Of a stretch of 64,000 nucleotides of DNA, positions 1 through 8,937 are shown piece by piece. The number at the start of each line of letters is the position of its first letter. Position 1 is the stretch's first letter. Below the pieces are notes generated by a model that ran no database searches, had not been told where the DNA came from, and saw only the letters and a program-made list of their open reading frames with translations. This DNA comes from Roseateles sp. (GTDB lineage: Bacteria > Pseudomonadota > Gammaproteobacteria > Burkholderiales > Burkholderiaceae_C): assembly GCF_036486225.1 (NCBI RefSeq), contig NZ_DASVNZ010000136.1, positions 11,124 through 75,123 on the forward strand, read 5' to 3'. Position numbers and translations under genes: made by a program.

Positions 1-703
1 CAGCCGCTCGACGAGATGGATGCGTCCCCAGCCGTCCACACTGCGCGCGAGCGTCCAGAGGGCCTCCTCCGCCTCGTCCGTCGGCAAGGAGTTGCTCAGC
101 GCGACGGCGACGTACAGGGTGAATTCGTCATGCAGGCCGAGCCGCATCAGCGCGACGGTGTCCTGTTGAGGCTGGATCAGCCCCAGCAGGGCGATACCGA
201 TCTTCACCGGCGACCGGTCCGGCGCTTCGCACATGAGCCAGCGCGCGAACAGACGCACGGCGTCGGCATCGAGGCTGTCGGACTGTTGCACCGCCTCCAG
301 CAACGGGTCGACCAGGCTCAGCACGCGGTCGTCGTTGACGAGGTCGTAGAAGTCCTTGACGTGCTCGGGCGAGCGGGTCGTCGAGGCCGACGCCAAGGCA
401 TGGAGCGCCTGCTCGGAGGAGATGGCGTCGGACTGGCTGGTGTGATGCCCGAACACGCCGTCGAGCGCGCCCGGCGCCCAGCGCATCGCCGAGCCGCTGC
501 GGCTGGCGATCAGCGCTTCATCGGGGAGCGTGAGGGCTGCTTCGGGCAGCCGGCCGCCGGGCTCGAGCGCGAAGTCGGCCAGATGGCCATGGATGCCGGG
601 ACGGTCCAGGTCCCACGGCGCTGGAAAGCCGTTCACCAGGGCCGGTGCCGGCAAGGAAGGCCGGCGTGCCAGCAGTTGCTTCAACCATTGCATCGTGCGT
701 TTC
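1..703 (-). CDS. hypothetical protein (partial; C-terminal part lies beyond the left window edge)
   Basis: Absent from the ORF track because no stop lies in the window. Hand translation from ATG at 703-701 gives MQWLKQLLARRPSLPAPALVNGFPAPWDLDRPGIHGH... stop-free to position 1. GGAGAG lies 8 nt upstream and third codon positions are G/C-rich. No family recognised. Confidence 0.6.
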
Positions 704-794
704 TCTCCGGGGTCAGTCCGTCGTTCCAAGGTTCAGCGCTTCGGCGCACAGGTCTTCCAGCGACGCCTGGATCACCTGGTCCACGTCGGCTGGC

Positions 795-1691
795 TCATCG
801 CGCGGACGCCTTCTTCGCGGGCGGTGCCGGATCGTCGTCCTCGATCGTGTAGTCGAAAGTGCGTTCGATGATGGTGGGAACTGCCCGATCGCCATAGGTC
901 GCCGGGGCGTAGGTCGAGCGGCGCATCGCCGAGATCGAGGTCCCATGGAACGCCGGCGGCGCCTCCGAGTCGACGATGAAATCGGAGGCCGAGCCGTCGG
1001 CATTGACGATGTAGGTCAGCTTGACCTTCCACCGGCCGACATGGTTCATGTGGACGGCGATGATCGACGGCTGGACGTCGCGGACGATCCTGAAAGGCTT
1101 GTACGGTTGGCCGGCCAAGGCCTCCGCATCGAGCAGCGCATCGGTGCGCAACGGATAGAGCGCGCGGATCATCGCGTTGTGGTCAGCGATCTGGCCCTGG
1201 GGCACCGTGCTGGGAATCGGCGGCGCCATGACGGTCGTCATCGCGGTCAGCGGATTGCCCTTTGCGGCCGATGCGGGGCGATCACGCATGGCGCCCGGTG
1301 CCGCGAATTCGAAGACTGCCGTCTCGACGCGCGGCATCGGGAAGTTCGTGCAGCTGTACTGCAGCAAGGCCTCTTTCACGGCCTGCAGCAGCTCCGGTCG
1401 TCCGGCGACGAAGTCGACCTGTTCAGCCTGGCCGCCGACGATTCGCGCATTCACCGTGATCGAGCCGTATATGCGATTGCCGGCGGCATCGGTCGCGATC
1501 ACCGGACGGTAAACCCGATCGCACTTCAGCGGCGGCATCACGCGCGCGGGCGCCGTGTCTGCGTGTGACGGGCCCGCGGCAATCGCCGTCAACAGACCCG
1601 CCAGAACCGAACCCGACAGACTCGCGACGCCTGCCCGCCGATGCAGGCCGCCCTCCAGCCGGCTCGCATGCATTTCTTGTGCAGCTTTCAT
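795..1691 (-). CDS. secreted protein with TonB C-terminal-like domain(s), paralog 1
   Basis: Track ORF 795..1790 trimmed to ATG at 1691 (MKAAQEMH...), with GAGGAGGA upstream. Hydrophobic N-terminal segment. C-terminal block GRWKVKLTYIVNADGSASDFIVDS...AMRRSTYAPATYGDRAVP resembles TonB_C. Clear paralog of 3599..4363. Confidence 0.7.
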   Translation of the reverse strand: MKAAQEMHASRLEGGLHRRAGVASLSGSVLAGLLTAIAAGPSHADTAPARVMPPLKCDRVYRPVIATDAAGNRIYGSITVNARIVGGQAEQVDFVAGRPELLQAVKEALLQYSCTNFPMPRVETAVFEFAAPGAMRDRPASAAKGNPLTAMTTVMAPPIPSTVPQGQIADHNAMIRALYPLRTDALLDAEALAGQPYKPFRIVRDVQPSIIAVHMNHVGRWKVKLTYIVNADGSASDFIVDSEAPPAFHGTSISAMRRSTYAPATYGDRAVPTIIERTFDYTIEDDDPAPPAKKASAR

Positions 1692-1716
1692 GTGCACTTC
1701 CTCCTCTTCAAGACGC

Positions 1717-1730
1717 GCGGAGCATACAAG
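1717..1730 (-). promoter_or_regulatory. shared upstream box, copy A (plus strand gcggagcatacaag; gene sense CTTGTATGCTCCGC)
   Basis: Same 14-mer as at 3543..3556, and one mismatch from 4392..4405. Lies 26-39 nt upstream of the ATG at 1691. Contains a TATGCT -10-like hexamer. Confidence 0.5.
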
Positions 1731-1743
1731 CGGTGTAGCGCGA

Positions 1744-2283
1744 TCAAGCGCGCCTGCGGCGCCATGCGGCGAGTACGAGCGCGATGCCAACTGCCGCGGC
1801 TAACGCCGGCAGGCAAACCCACACCAGTTCCGACTGCAGCACCTCCAGGCCGCGGCCGCTCAACACGCGCTTCAGACTGAGCGGCGACACCTCGATCACC
1901 TGCGCGGAGAAGAAGACGCGCTCTTCCGAGAACGGCCACCACAGCGCGACGCCATGGCCGCCGTCGGTGAGCATGTCCAGCAGGCCGTGGGAGAGCCCGG
2001 ACAGGGCGACGAAGGCGAAGGCCCACCATCGCGGCGCCCGGAGCGTCTTCGCAGACACGAGCGCGATGAGCCCCATCAGCAGCGCGAATGCCAGCGAATG
2101 CGACGCGCCTCGATGCCCGAACGCATCTGCATAGGGAATGCCGACGCGGAAGGCGATGACGTCGAGGTCCGGGATCACGGCGGCGGCGATGCCGGCCGCC
2201 ATCAGGCGGTTGGAGACGAGCGGCTTGCCGAGCCCGAGCCGCGCGGCAACGGGGATGACGGCGTGGGTGAGGATGGTGGGCAT
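1744..2283 (-). CDS. YdjM/DUF457 family membrane-bound metal-dependent hydrolase
   Basis: 179 aa, MPTILTHAVIP..., several hydrophobic segments, His-rich motifs (GHRGASHS, SHGLLD). Starts 21 nt after the stop of the M48 gene. Confidence 0.75.
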   Translation of the reverse strand: MPTILTHAVIPVAARLGLGKPLVSNRLMAAGIAAAVIPDLDVIAFRVGIPYADAFGHRGASHSLAFALLMGLIALVSAKTLRAPRWWAFAFVALSGLSHGLLDMLTDGGHGVALWWPFSEERVFFSAQVIEVSPLSLKRVLSGRGLEVLQSELVWVCLPALAAAVGIALVLAAWRRRRA

Positions 2284-2304
2284 GTCAGGGGCGCAAGGCT
2301 CCGC

Positions 2305-3513
2305 TCATCTGTAGATCGCTTCGAGCTGTCGCCCGACCAGCGTGGTCTGCGACATCTGCAGCAGGCGGCTGACCTCTTCGGCCAGTGCCTCCTTCTCCGC
2401 GGGGAGTAGCGTCACTGTCGGCGCGCTCTCCGCTCGCCGCAGCAGTTGATCGACCCGCATCGCCGTCGGCGGGTGGCTCGCATCCGTCCGCCAGGATTCC
2501 GATCGGGACGCCGCCCGATGGCTGTCGAGTTCGGCCTCGCTGACGGCTGCGGCGGCGTTTCGCACCGCCGGTTCGATCGCGTCGTGCGGCGTGGTCAGCG
2601 CATGCACGCGCACGGCGGCGTCGACGACCTCATGCAGATAGGTCTTCTCCAGGACGCCCTGCATGGCCGCTGTGCCGGCGACCGAAGCCGCCAGCAGGTC
2701 GGCCAGATACTCGGCGCGCTGCGACTCGCGCATGATCAGCCAGAGCATGCCGCGAGCCGCCGCGAACAGCAGCTCGGAGACGGCGAGCATGGCCAGCTCG
2801 AAGGGCAGGCCCACCAGCGAGACGATCGGTCCGCCGGCCGTGCCGTTCCCGAGCTGGCCGATGGCGAGCGGGCGCGCGGCCGTCGCCCAGGCCGCCAGCG
2901 TGTCGACCGCATGGCCGAGGAACTGGCCGCGCAACGGATCCCCGTTCACGCCATGGGCGAGCTCGTGCGCGATCAGGGCCACCTGCTCGGCGGGCGTCAG
3001 GATCGCCATCAGCGGGCTGCCGATCTCGACATGGTGCTCCCGCCGCCAGCCGGCGACGCGGTAGTTCGCAGTGAAGTCCGCCGAGACGCCGATGCCGTCG
3101 GGAGGACGTGCGCCGAGTGCGGCAGCGATGCGATCGCTCAACGCATGGAGCGCGGGGAAGCGCTCGCGCGGCAGCGGGCGATCAGGCGCCTGCACCAGGC
3201 GGGGACGGGCCGCGATGCACAACAGGAGGAGCACCACGCCGACCAGCGGAATGAAGAGGTTGGACCAGGCACCGGCCAGCAGCACGATGCCCGCCAACCC
3301 CGCGCCGAGTCCGGCACCGTGCACCAGCAGGGCCAGCAGGTAGGCCAGCGCGAGACGCCCGGACAGACGTGCGCGAACGCGTCGGGTCGCGATCAGATCT
3401 TCCCGGGCGACTTCTTCCAGCAGGTCCTTGGACAGGCGCTCGCCCAACTGCCGACGGAGGGTTTCCCAACGCCCGATGGCCGCCGGAGACGACGGTTCGA
3501 TGGCCGCGGCCAT
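2305..3513 (-). CDS. M48 family zinc metallopeptidase (membrane)
   Basis: 402 aa. Two hydrophobic segments followed by the HELAH (HExxH) zinc motif. GGGAGTGAGG precedes the ATG. Confidence 0.75.
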   Translation of the reverse strand: MAAAIEPSSPAAIGRWETLRRQLGERLSKDLLEEVAREDLIATRRVRARLSGRLALAYLLALLVHGAGLGAGLAGIVLLAGAWSNLFIPLVGVVLLLLCIAARPRLVQAPDRPLPRERFPALHALSDRIAAALGARPPDGIGVSADFTANYRVAGWRREHHVEIGSPLMAILTPAEQVALIAHELAHGVNGDPLRGQFLGHAVDTLAAWATAARPLAIGQLGNGTAGGPIVSLVGLPFELAMLAVSELLFAAARGMLWLIMRESQRAEYLADLLAASVAGTAAMQGVLEKTYLHEVVDAAVRVHALTTPHDAIEPAVRNAAAAVSEAELDSHRAASRSESWRTDASHPPTAMRVDQLLRRAESAPTVTLLPAEKEALAEEVSRLLQMSQTTLVGRQLEAIYR

Positions 3514-3556
3514 GCCTCACTCCCTGGATCGTTTTATTGGATGCGGAGCATACAAG
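3511..3556 (-). promoter_or_regulatory. shared 46-nt start-codon-proximal block, copy B (includes the GCGGAGCATACAAG box)
   Basis: catgcctcactccctggatcgttttattggatgcggagcatacaag matches 4361..4405 at about 41 of 46 positions with one 1-nt indel (counted by eye). Confidence 0.55.
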
Positions 3557-3598
3557 TTGCGCCTAGACGCGCCGATCATGGTCTCGCCCGCGGGACGT

Positions 3599-4363
3599 TC
3601 AGATGTCCAGGCCATCGTCCATGTTGAATTCGAACTCCCGCTCCACGATCGCGGGGACCGGCAGTCCGGCGTAGGTGGCCGGCGAGAACCTGGCGCGCTT
3701 CATGGCCGCGATGGACAACCGGTGGAACACGCTCGGCGCGTCCGAGATGACCAGGAAGTCCGAGGCTGTGCCATCGGTGTCGAGCAGGAACATCAACTTG
3801 ACCTTGAAGGTGCCGGCGTACAACTCAGCCTCCGAGTCGAGTTCGACCGGCGAGTCCTTGAGGATGCCGACGTTTCCGTAGGCCTCGAAATCCATCGCCG
3901 GCAAGGTGAGCAGCGCATCGACACGCGTGGGGAAGTGCTCGCGGATGAAGGCGTTGTGGGCCAGCACGGCATTGCCACCGTGCTTGAAGGGCGGGGACAG
4001 GTCTTGCTCGGCACCGCCCGAGAAGGTGAGCGTCATCCGCAGCGTGCGCGGCTCGGCGAGCTTCTGGCAACGCAGTTCCCGCAGCTTGGCCTGCGCGGCC
4101 AGCAGCAGATCGGCCCGGCCGTCCCGGAATTCGACGTTGTCCAGGCGACCGCGGACGAAACGCGCGTCGATCGTGATGTCGCCGGACACGCGCTGACCGT
4201 TGGCGTCGACCGGTGCATGGGGCCGCAAGACCCGCTCGCAGTGCAGCGGCTTTTCAGCCTCCGGTTCGCCCGCCTGCGCCGACGCCATCGCGAGGGTCGT
4301 CACGAACGCCACCACGAACGTCGCCACCGGGCCCAGGCTCCAGCCGTTCCCCCTTGAGGCCAT
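3599..4363 (-). CDS. secreted protein with TonB C-terminal-like domain(s), paralog 2
   Basis: 254 aa with a signal-peptide-like N-terminus (..TTLAMASAQA). Aligns by eye with 795..1691 (PLHCERVLRP.. vs PLKCDRVYRP..; GTFKVKLMFLLDTDGTASDFLVIS vs GRWKVKLTYIVNADGSASDFIVDS). Confidence 0.7.
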   Translation of the reverse strand: MASRGNGWSLGPVATFVVAFVTTLAMASAQAGEPEAEKPLHCERVLRPHAPVDANGQRVSGDITIDARFVRGRLDNVEFRDGRADLLLAAQAKLRELRCQKLAEPRTLRMTLTFSGGAEQDLSPPFKHGGNAVLAHNAFIREHFPTRVDALLTLPAMDFEAYGNVGILKDSPVELDSEAELYAGTFKVKLMFLLDTDGTASDFLVISDAPSVFHRLSIAAMKRARFSPATYAGLPVPAIVEREFEFNMDDGLDI

Positions 4364-4405
4364 GCCTCACTCCCTGATCGACTTATTGGAGGCGGAGCAT
4401 ACGAG
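4361..4405 (-). promoter_or_regulatory. shared 45-nt start-codon-proximal block, copy C (box variant GCGGAGCATACGAG)
   Basis: catgcctcactccctgatcgacttattggaggcggagcatacgag is a near-duplicate of 3511..3556. Confidence 0.55.
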
Positions 4406-4488
4406 CGGCGTTCATCGCCTTGCAGTAGGGAGCACCCTGCCGGTCACGACACCGCCTGTGGCCGCTGCGTTCAAGTGCCTCGCGGCGC

Positions 4489-5505
4489 TCACCGCCCGCT
4501 CGCCTCGATCCTGATCTCATCCCGGCGGCAGGTGCCGCCACCGCTGCCGCTCGGCTGGTCGCCCAGCAGCTGCTTCAGCGTTCCACCGGCCTTGTAGTCT
4601 CTCGGCAGCTTCACCTGGATCTCGGTGAGGTACTGGCCCGAGCACATCAGCTTCACGCTGTCGCGGTACGCGTCGGTGCCGGTCTCGGCCTGCAGCTTCT
4701 CGTAGAAGGTCTTGCGCGAGATCGCGCCGCCGATGTTCTGCCGGATGTACTTGCCCACGCCCGAATCGTTGAACTGCTTCACCAGGTCCACCGCGCGGCG
4801 GAAATAGGCGTCCGGATTCAGCGTCGTCTGGCAGGTGCCGTGCTTGCGCCATTCGTGCTCGCCGAATCCCTTCTCGTAGAGGAAGTTCGGCATCCACGGG
4901 CCGATGTAGGCGACCGTCTCCTTCGAGAGATTCATCGGCGCGTTGCCGCAGTCGCCGTAGCTGATCCCGCATTGCTGCCGGTTGGGCCACAGGCCGTGCA
5001 GCGTCAGGTTGGTCACCTTGAGCTTGCCGTCCTCCATCGCCTCGCACTCGGGCTTGCCGCGCCGGCCGCCCGCCGTCCATTCGCAGAAGCCGGGCTGCCA
5101 CGACATCGCCAGCACGAAGCTGTCGTACTGGTCCGGAGTCTTGCACATGCCTTGACCCCCTTGCGTCGCCGCCGTGTCGGCCGACGGCGCGCGGGCGCTG
5201 GTCGGGTTCGAAGGGGGAGGGGCGCCACCGCCCGCGGCCGCGCCGCAGTCGTTCTGCACCCAACGTTCCGGCGGCCGGGCGCCGGGCACCTGCACGCGCG
5301 TCCAGCCTGCGTTGTGCGACTCCAGGATCGTGTAGCCCGTGCCCGGCGACAGCTTCGCGCCGTCGGGGTTGGTGCTCTTCCTGAAGGATTGGAAAGCCTC
5401 GCAGGCGCGCGAGGCGGTGAAGCTGCCGCTCGCGGGATCGGCCCAGACCGTGGGCAGGGCAGCGAACGCCGCCGACAGGGTGAGCGCTTGAAGCAGGAGT
5501 CGCAT
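4489..5505 (-). CDS. ribonuclease T2 family protein (RNase I-like), secreted, with N-terminal extension
   Basis: Signal peptide MRLLLQALTLSAAFAALPTVWA. T2 catalytic motifs LTLHGLWPN (CAS I) and FGEHEWRKHGTC (CAS II). About 120 aa of N-terminal extra sequence plus a Gly/Pro/Ala-rich linker. Confidence 0.85.
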   Translation of the reverse strand: MRLLLQALTLSAAFAALPTVWADPASGSFTASRACEAFQSFRKSTNPDGAKLSPGTGYTILESHNAGWTRVQVPGARPPERWVQNDCGAAAGGGAPPPSNPTSARAPSADTAATQGGQGMCKTPDQYDSFVLAMSWQPGFCEWTAGGRRGKPECEAMEDGKLKVTNLTLHGLWPNRQQCGISYGDCGNAPMNLSKETVAYIGPWMPNFLYEKGFGEHEWRKHGTCQTTLNPDAYFRRAVDLVKQFNDSGVGKYIRQNIGGAISRKTFYEKLQAETGTDAYRDSVKLMCSGQYLTEIQVKLPRDYKAGGTLKQLLGDQPSGSGGGTCRRDEIRIEASGR

Positions 5506-5517
5506 GTCTGAATCCGA

Positions 5518-6309
5518 TCAGAAGCCGATCGATACGCCGAGGCCCAGCACCCAATCCGCGGTCTGCCTCGTCAGGCCCCGGTTGATCGACGCGTCCAGTT
5601 GCAGCTTGCGGTCGACCAGCCAGGTCACGCCGGTGCCCGCCGAGATGCTCCGCCCGCCGTTGCGCTTGGAGGTGAGCTGGTCGCCCGCGACCTCGACGTA
5701 GCCTTTCCACGACTCCGCGATCGGCCAGCCCAGCGAGGCGCCGAGGATGCCGCCGACGAAGTGCTTGCCGTCGTCGCGGCTGTCGCGGTAGAGCCCGCCG
5801 ATCAGACCGGCCGACCAGTCGTGCGGCAGGTCCCACTCCGATGTCAGTCGCAGCGACGGACGCAAGCCCTGACCCCGGAATGCCGACGAGCCGCTGTCCA
5901 TGTCCACGTTGAACAGCCAGGCGAGCCCCGGCGTGTGGCGCTCGCCGTCGCCGTCCTGCACGTGCCACTTCACGCCGAGCGCCGTGTCGGCCCAGCCGCT
6001 GGCCTTCGCCGTGCCGCCGCCGTCCGACGCCCGCAGGCGCTGGTAGCCATCGGTCTCGACACGGAACTCCCAGTCTTCGGCGAAACCGAAGCGCAGCAGC
6101 GTCGGCGTCGACCACAGCCGGCTGCGCACGCCGTCGCTCTTGTCGCGCTGGTAGCCGAGGCCGGTCTCCAGCAGCGCGCGGCCCTTGCCGACCGTGCTGC
6201 TCGATTCGACGATGCCGGGCTGGTCGGGCTCGATGGCCTCATCCGCCGCCCGGACGGAACCGGCCGCCGCCATCAGCAGCGTCGCGGTGATCAACAGCGT
6301 TTTCGTCAT
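5518..6309 (-). CDS. outer-membrane beta-barrel protein (MetA-pathway/transporter-like family, tentative)
   Basis: 263 aa with signal peptide ..AAAGSVRA. Alternating-hydrophobicity strands and C-terminal ..GLGVSIGF ending in Phe. Sits 12 nt after mrcA and 12 nt before the RNase T2 gene. Confidence 0.6.
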   Translation of the reverse strand: MTKTLLITATLLMAAAGSVRAADEAIEPDQPGIVESSSTVGKGRALLETGLGYQRDKSDGVRSRLWSTPTLLRFGFAEDWEFRVETDGYQRLRASDGGGTAKASGWADTALGVKWHVQDGDGERHTPGLAWLFNVDMDSGSSAFRGQGLRPSLRLTSEWDLPHDWSAGLIGGLYRDSRDDGKHFVGGILGASLGWPIAESWKGYVEVAGDQLTSKRNGGRSISAGTGVTWLVDRKLQLDASINRGLTRQTADWVLGLGVSIGF

Positions 6310-6321
6310 GGGAAGCGCTCC

Positions 6322-8793
6322 TTATTGCCCGCCGCTGCGCTCGCCGCCCATCCACCAGGACGGCGGCACGCCGGAGGCGCCGGTCGCGGGCCCCGAGGCC
6401 GCGCCTGACGCCGCCTCCGCAGGCGGAATCGGTGGCGGCATCGGCCCGATCGTCTTCAGGCCGGCGTCGCCCGCATATTCGCTGAAGACCCAGTCGGGGC
6501 CGAAGGGGCCTTCCTCCTGCACCAGGCCGCCGTCCTTGGGCGGCTCGATCTCGGAGGGCTTGATGTCCTTCAGCGCCACCTGCATGTAGTCGATCCACGC
6601 CGGCAGCGCGACACCGCCGCCGGACTCGCCCGCGCCGAGGCTGCGCGGCTGGTCGTAGCCGATCCACACCACCGTCGCCACGCGCCGCTGGAAGCCCGCG
6701 AACCAGGCGTCCACCGCGTCGTTCGTCGTGCCGGTCTTGCCGTACAGGTCGTAGCGCTTGAGCGACGCGCTCGCCTTGTAGGCGGTGCCGCGGATGGCCA
6801 CCTCGCGCAGCAGCGAGCCGGTGATGAAGGCATTGCGCTCGCTGATCGCGCGGCGCTCGTCGGTGAGCTTCTCCGGCTCGGCCTGGAACAGCACCTGGTT
6901 CTGCGCGTCCACGATCTTGGTCACCAGCAGCGGCTTGAGCAGGTAGCCGCCGTTGGCGAAGACCGAATAGGCGCTCGCCATCTGCAGCGGCGTCACCGAG
7001 CCCGAGCCCAGCGCCAGCGTCAGGTTCTCGGGCTGCTTGTCGACGTCGAGCCCGAACTTGCCGGCCCAGGTCCGGCCGCGCGCCGGCGTGAGCTGCTCCA
7101 GCACCCGGATCGTGACCATGTTCTTGGACTTGGCCAGCGCCTGGCGCAGCGTCATCGGACCGTCGAAGTTGCCGTCGGAGTTGCGCGGGTTCCAGTCGCC
7201 GACCGAGATCGGCGCGTCGTCGACCAGCGTCGCGGGACTGGCGCCGAGCTCCATCGCGCCGGAGTAGAGGAAGGGCTTGAAGCTGGAGCCCGGCTGTCGC
7301 CACGCCTGTGTCGCGTGGTTGAACTGGTTGCGGTTGAAGTCGAAGCCGCCCACCAGCGCCAGGATCTTGCCGGTGTCGGGCTCGACCGAGACCAGCGCGC
7401 CTTCGGCCTCCGGCGACTGCGTCACCGCCCACGCCCCCTTGGGGAAGGCCTTGGTCGGCGCGCCGCGCAGCACGCGGATGATGGAGCCGCGCTGGATGCG
7501 CAGGTCGGCCTTGGCCTTGGGCGACAGCGCCGATTGCACCGAGCGCAGGCCCTCGCCCGTGATCTCGATGTCGTCGCCGTCGGACAGGCTGGCCTGGACC
7601 TTGTTGTTCGCGACCTGCGTGACCACCGCCGTGCGCAGGTCGTCGTTGTCCGGATGCTCGTTGAACACCTGCGCGATGGCGGCATCCTGCTCCTGCGCGT
7701 CCATGCCGTCGGGCAGGTCCACGTCGCCTTCCGGACCGCGCCAGGCCTTGCGGCGCTCGTAGTCCATCAGCGTGCGGCGCAGCGCCTTGTACGCCGCGAC
7801 CTGGTCGTCCATGCGCAGCGTCGTCGTCACCCGCAGGCCGCGGTTGTAGGCGTCCTCGCCGTACTGGGCGTGCACGACCTGGCGCACCATCTCCGTCGCG
7901 TACTGGCCGTAGGGCAGGCGCTGCTCTTGCGCGCTGCGCAGCTTCACCGGCTCCTCGCGGGCCTGCTTCGCCTGCTCCGGCGTGATCATGCCGACGTCGA
8001 CCATGCGCATCAGCACCGTCGCCTGGCGACGCTGCGCCAGCTTCAGGTTGGTGATCGGATTGGCGCGGTACGGACTCTGCGGCAGGCCGGCCAGCATCGC
8101 CGTCTCCGCCGTCGTCAGGTCCTTCAGGGACTTGCCGAAGTAGGCCTGCGCCGCCGCCTCGAAGCCGTAGGCCCGCTGACCCAGATAGATCTGGTTCATG
8201 TAGACCTCCAGGATCTTGTCCTTGGACAGCTGGCTCTCGATCTTGAAGGCCAGCAGGATCTCGACGATCTTGCGGGTGTAGAGCTTCTTCTTCGTGAGGT
8301 AGAGGTCGCGCGCGAGCTGCTGCGTGATCGTCGACGCGCCCTGGCTGCGCGAGGACGAGAACAGGTTGACCCAGAACGCCCGCATCATCCCGGGCACGTA
8401 GACGCCCTGGTGGTCGTAGAAGTTGGTGTCCTCGACCGCCAGCAGGGCCTGCTGCATCTGCTTGGGGATCTTCTCCAGCGGCAGGTAGCTGCGGCGCTCG
8501 GTGCCGTATTCGGCCAGGAGCTGGCCGTCCTCCGAGTAGACGCGCAGCGGCTGCTTGGGGTTGTAGTCGGTCAGGCGGTCCAGGTCGGGCAGGCCCGGCC
8601 AGATGATCGCCGCCACGCCGCCGAGCAGCAGGACCACCGCCAGCAGGCCCGCGCCCGACCAGACGGCGATGCGTTTCCAGGTGGGCAACTGGCGCAGCGC
8701 GTCCCGCAGCGGGGCGGTGCGGCGCCAGAGCGCCAGGAAGAAGCCGGCCAGGGCCTGGGCGATGTTGCGGGCGATTTGGGCAATCTGCTGCAT
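6322..8793 (-). CDS. mrcA: penicillin-binding protein 1A (bifunctional glycosyltransferase/transpeptidase)
   Basis: 823 aa. N-terminal TM anchor, GT51 motifs (LLAVEDTNFYDHQGV, RKIVEILLA), transpeptidase SSFKP, SDGN and KTGTT motifs. Confidence 0.9.
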   Translation of the reverse strand: MQQIAQIARNIAQALAGFFLALWRRTAPLRDALRQLPTWKRIAVWSGAGLLAVVLLLGGVAAIIWPGLPDLDRLTDYNPKQPLRVYSEDGQLLAEYGTERRSYLPLEKIPKQMQQALLAVEDTNFYDHQGVYVPGMMRAFWVNLFSSSRSQGASTITQQLARDLYLTKKKLYTRKIVEILLAFKIESQLSKDKILEVYMNQIYLGQRAYGFEAAAQAYFGKSLKDLTTAETAMLAGLPQSPYRANPITNLKLAQRRQATVLMRMVDVGMITPEQAKQAREEPVKLRSAQEQRLPYGQYATEMVRQVVHAQYGEDAYNRGLRVTTTLRMDDQVAAYKALRRTLMDYERRKAWRGPEGDVDLPDGMDAQEQDAAIAQVFNEHPDNDDLRTAVVTQVANNKVQASLSDGDDIEITGEGLRSVQSALSPKAKADLRIQRGSIIRVLRGAPTKAFPKGAWAVTQSPEAEGALVSVEPDTGKILALVGGFDFNRNQFNHATQAWRQPGSSFKPFLYSGAMELGASPATLVDDAPISVGDWNPRNSDGNFDGPMTLRQALAKSKNMVTIRVLEQLTPARGRTWAGKFGLDVDKQPENLTLALGSGSVTPLQMASAYSVFANGGYLLKPLLVTKIVDAQNQVLFQAEPEKLTDERRAISERNAFITGSLLREVAIRGTAYKASASLKRYDLYGKTGTTNDAVDAWFAGFQRRVATVVWIGYDQPRSLGAGESGGGVALPAWIDYMQVALKDIKPSEIEPPKDGGLVQEEGPFGPDWVFSEYAGDAGLKTIGPMPPPIPPAEAASGAASGPATGASGVPPSWWMGGERSGGQ

Positions 8794-8937
8794 GCGGGGC
8801 GCACGAGTTCAGGTCGGCGGATTATCGTCAGACATCCGGGGCTGTCCCGGCCTCGGTGCGCACGGCAACAATCCGTACACATAAGACACACGGCCGACCC
8901 ACAGGCGTGGGGAAAAGAGAATCCGGCCGTCAGGGCA

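Noticed and set aside
2284-2304. LexA (SOS) box upstream of ydjM, since E. coli ydjM is LexA-regulated
   Set aside because: Only 21 nt separate ydjM from the M48 gene. No CTGT-N8-ACAG sequence is present there or in the shared GTATGCTCCGC box.
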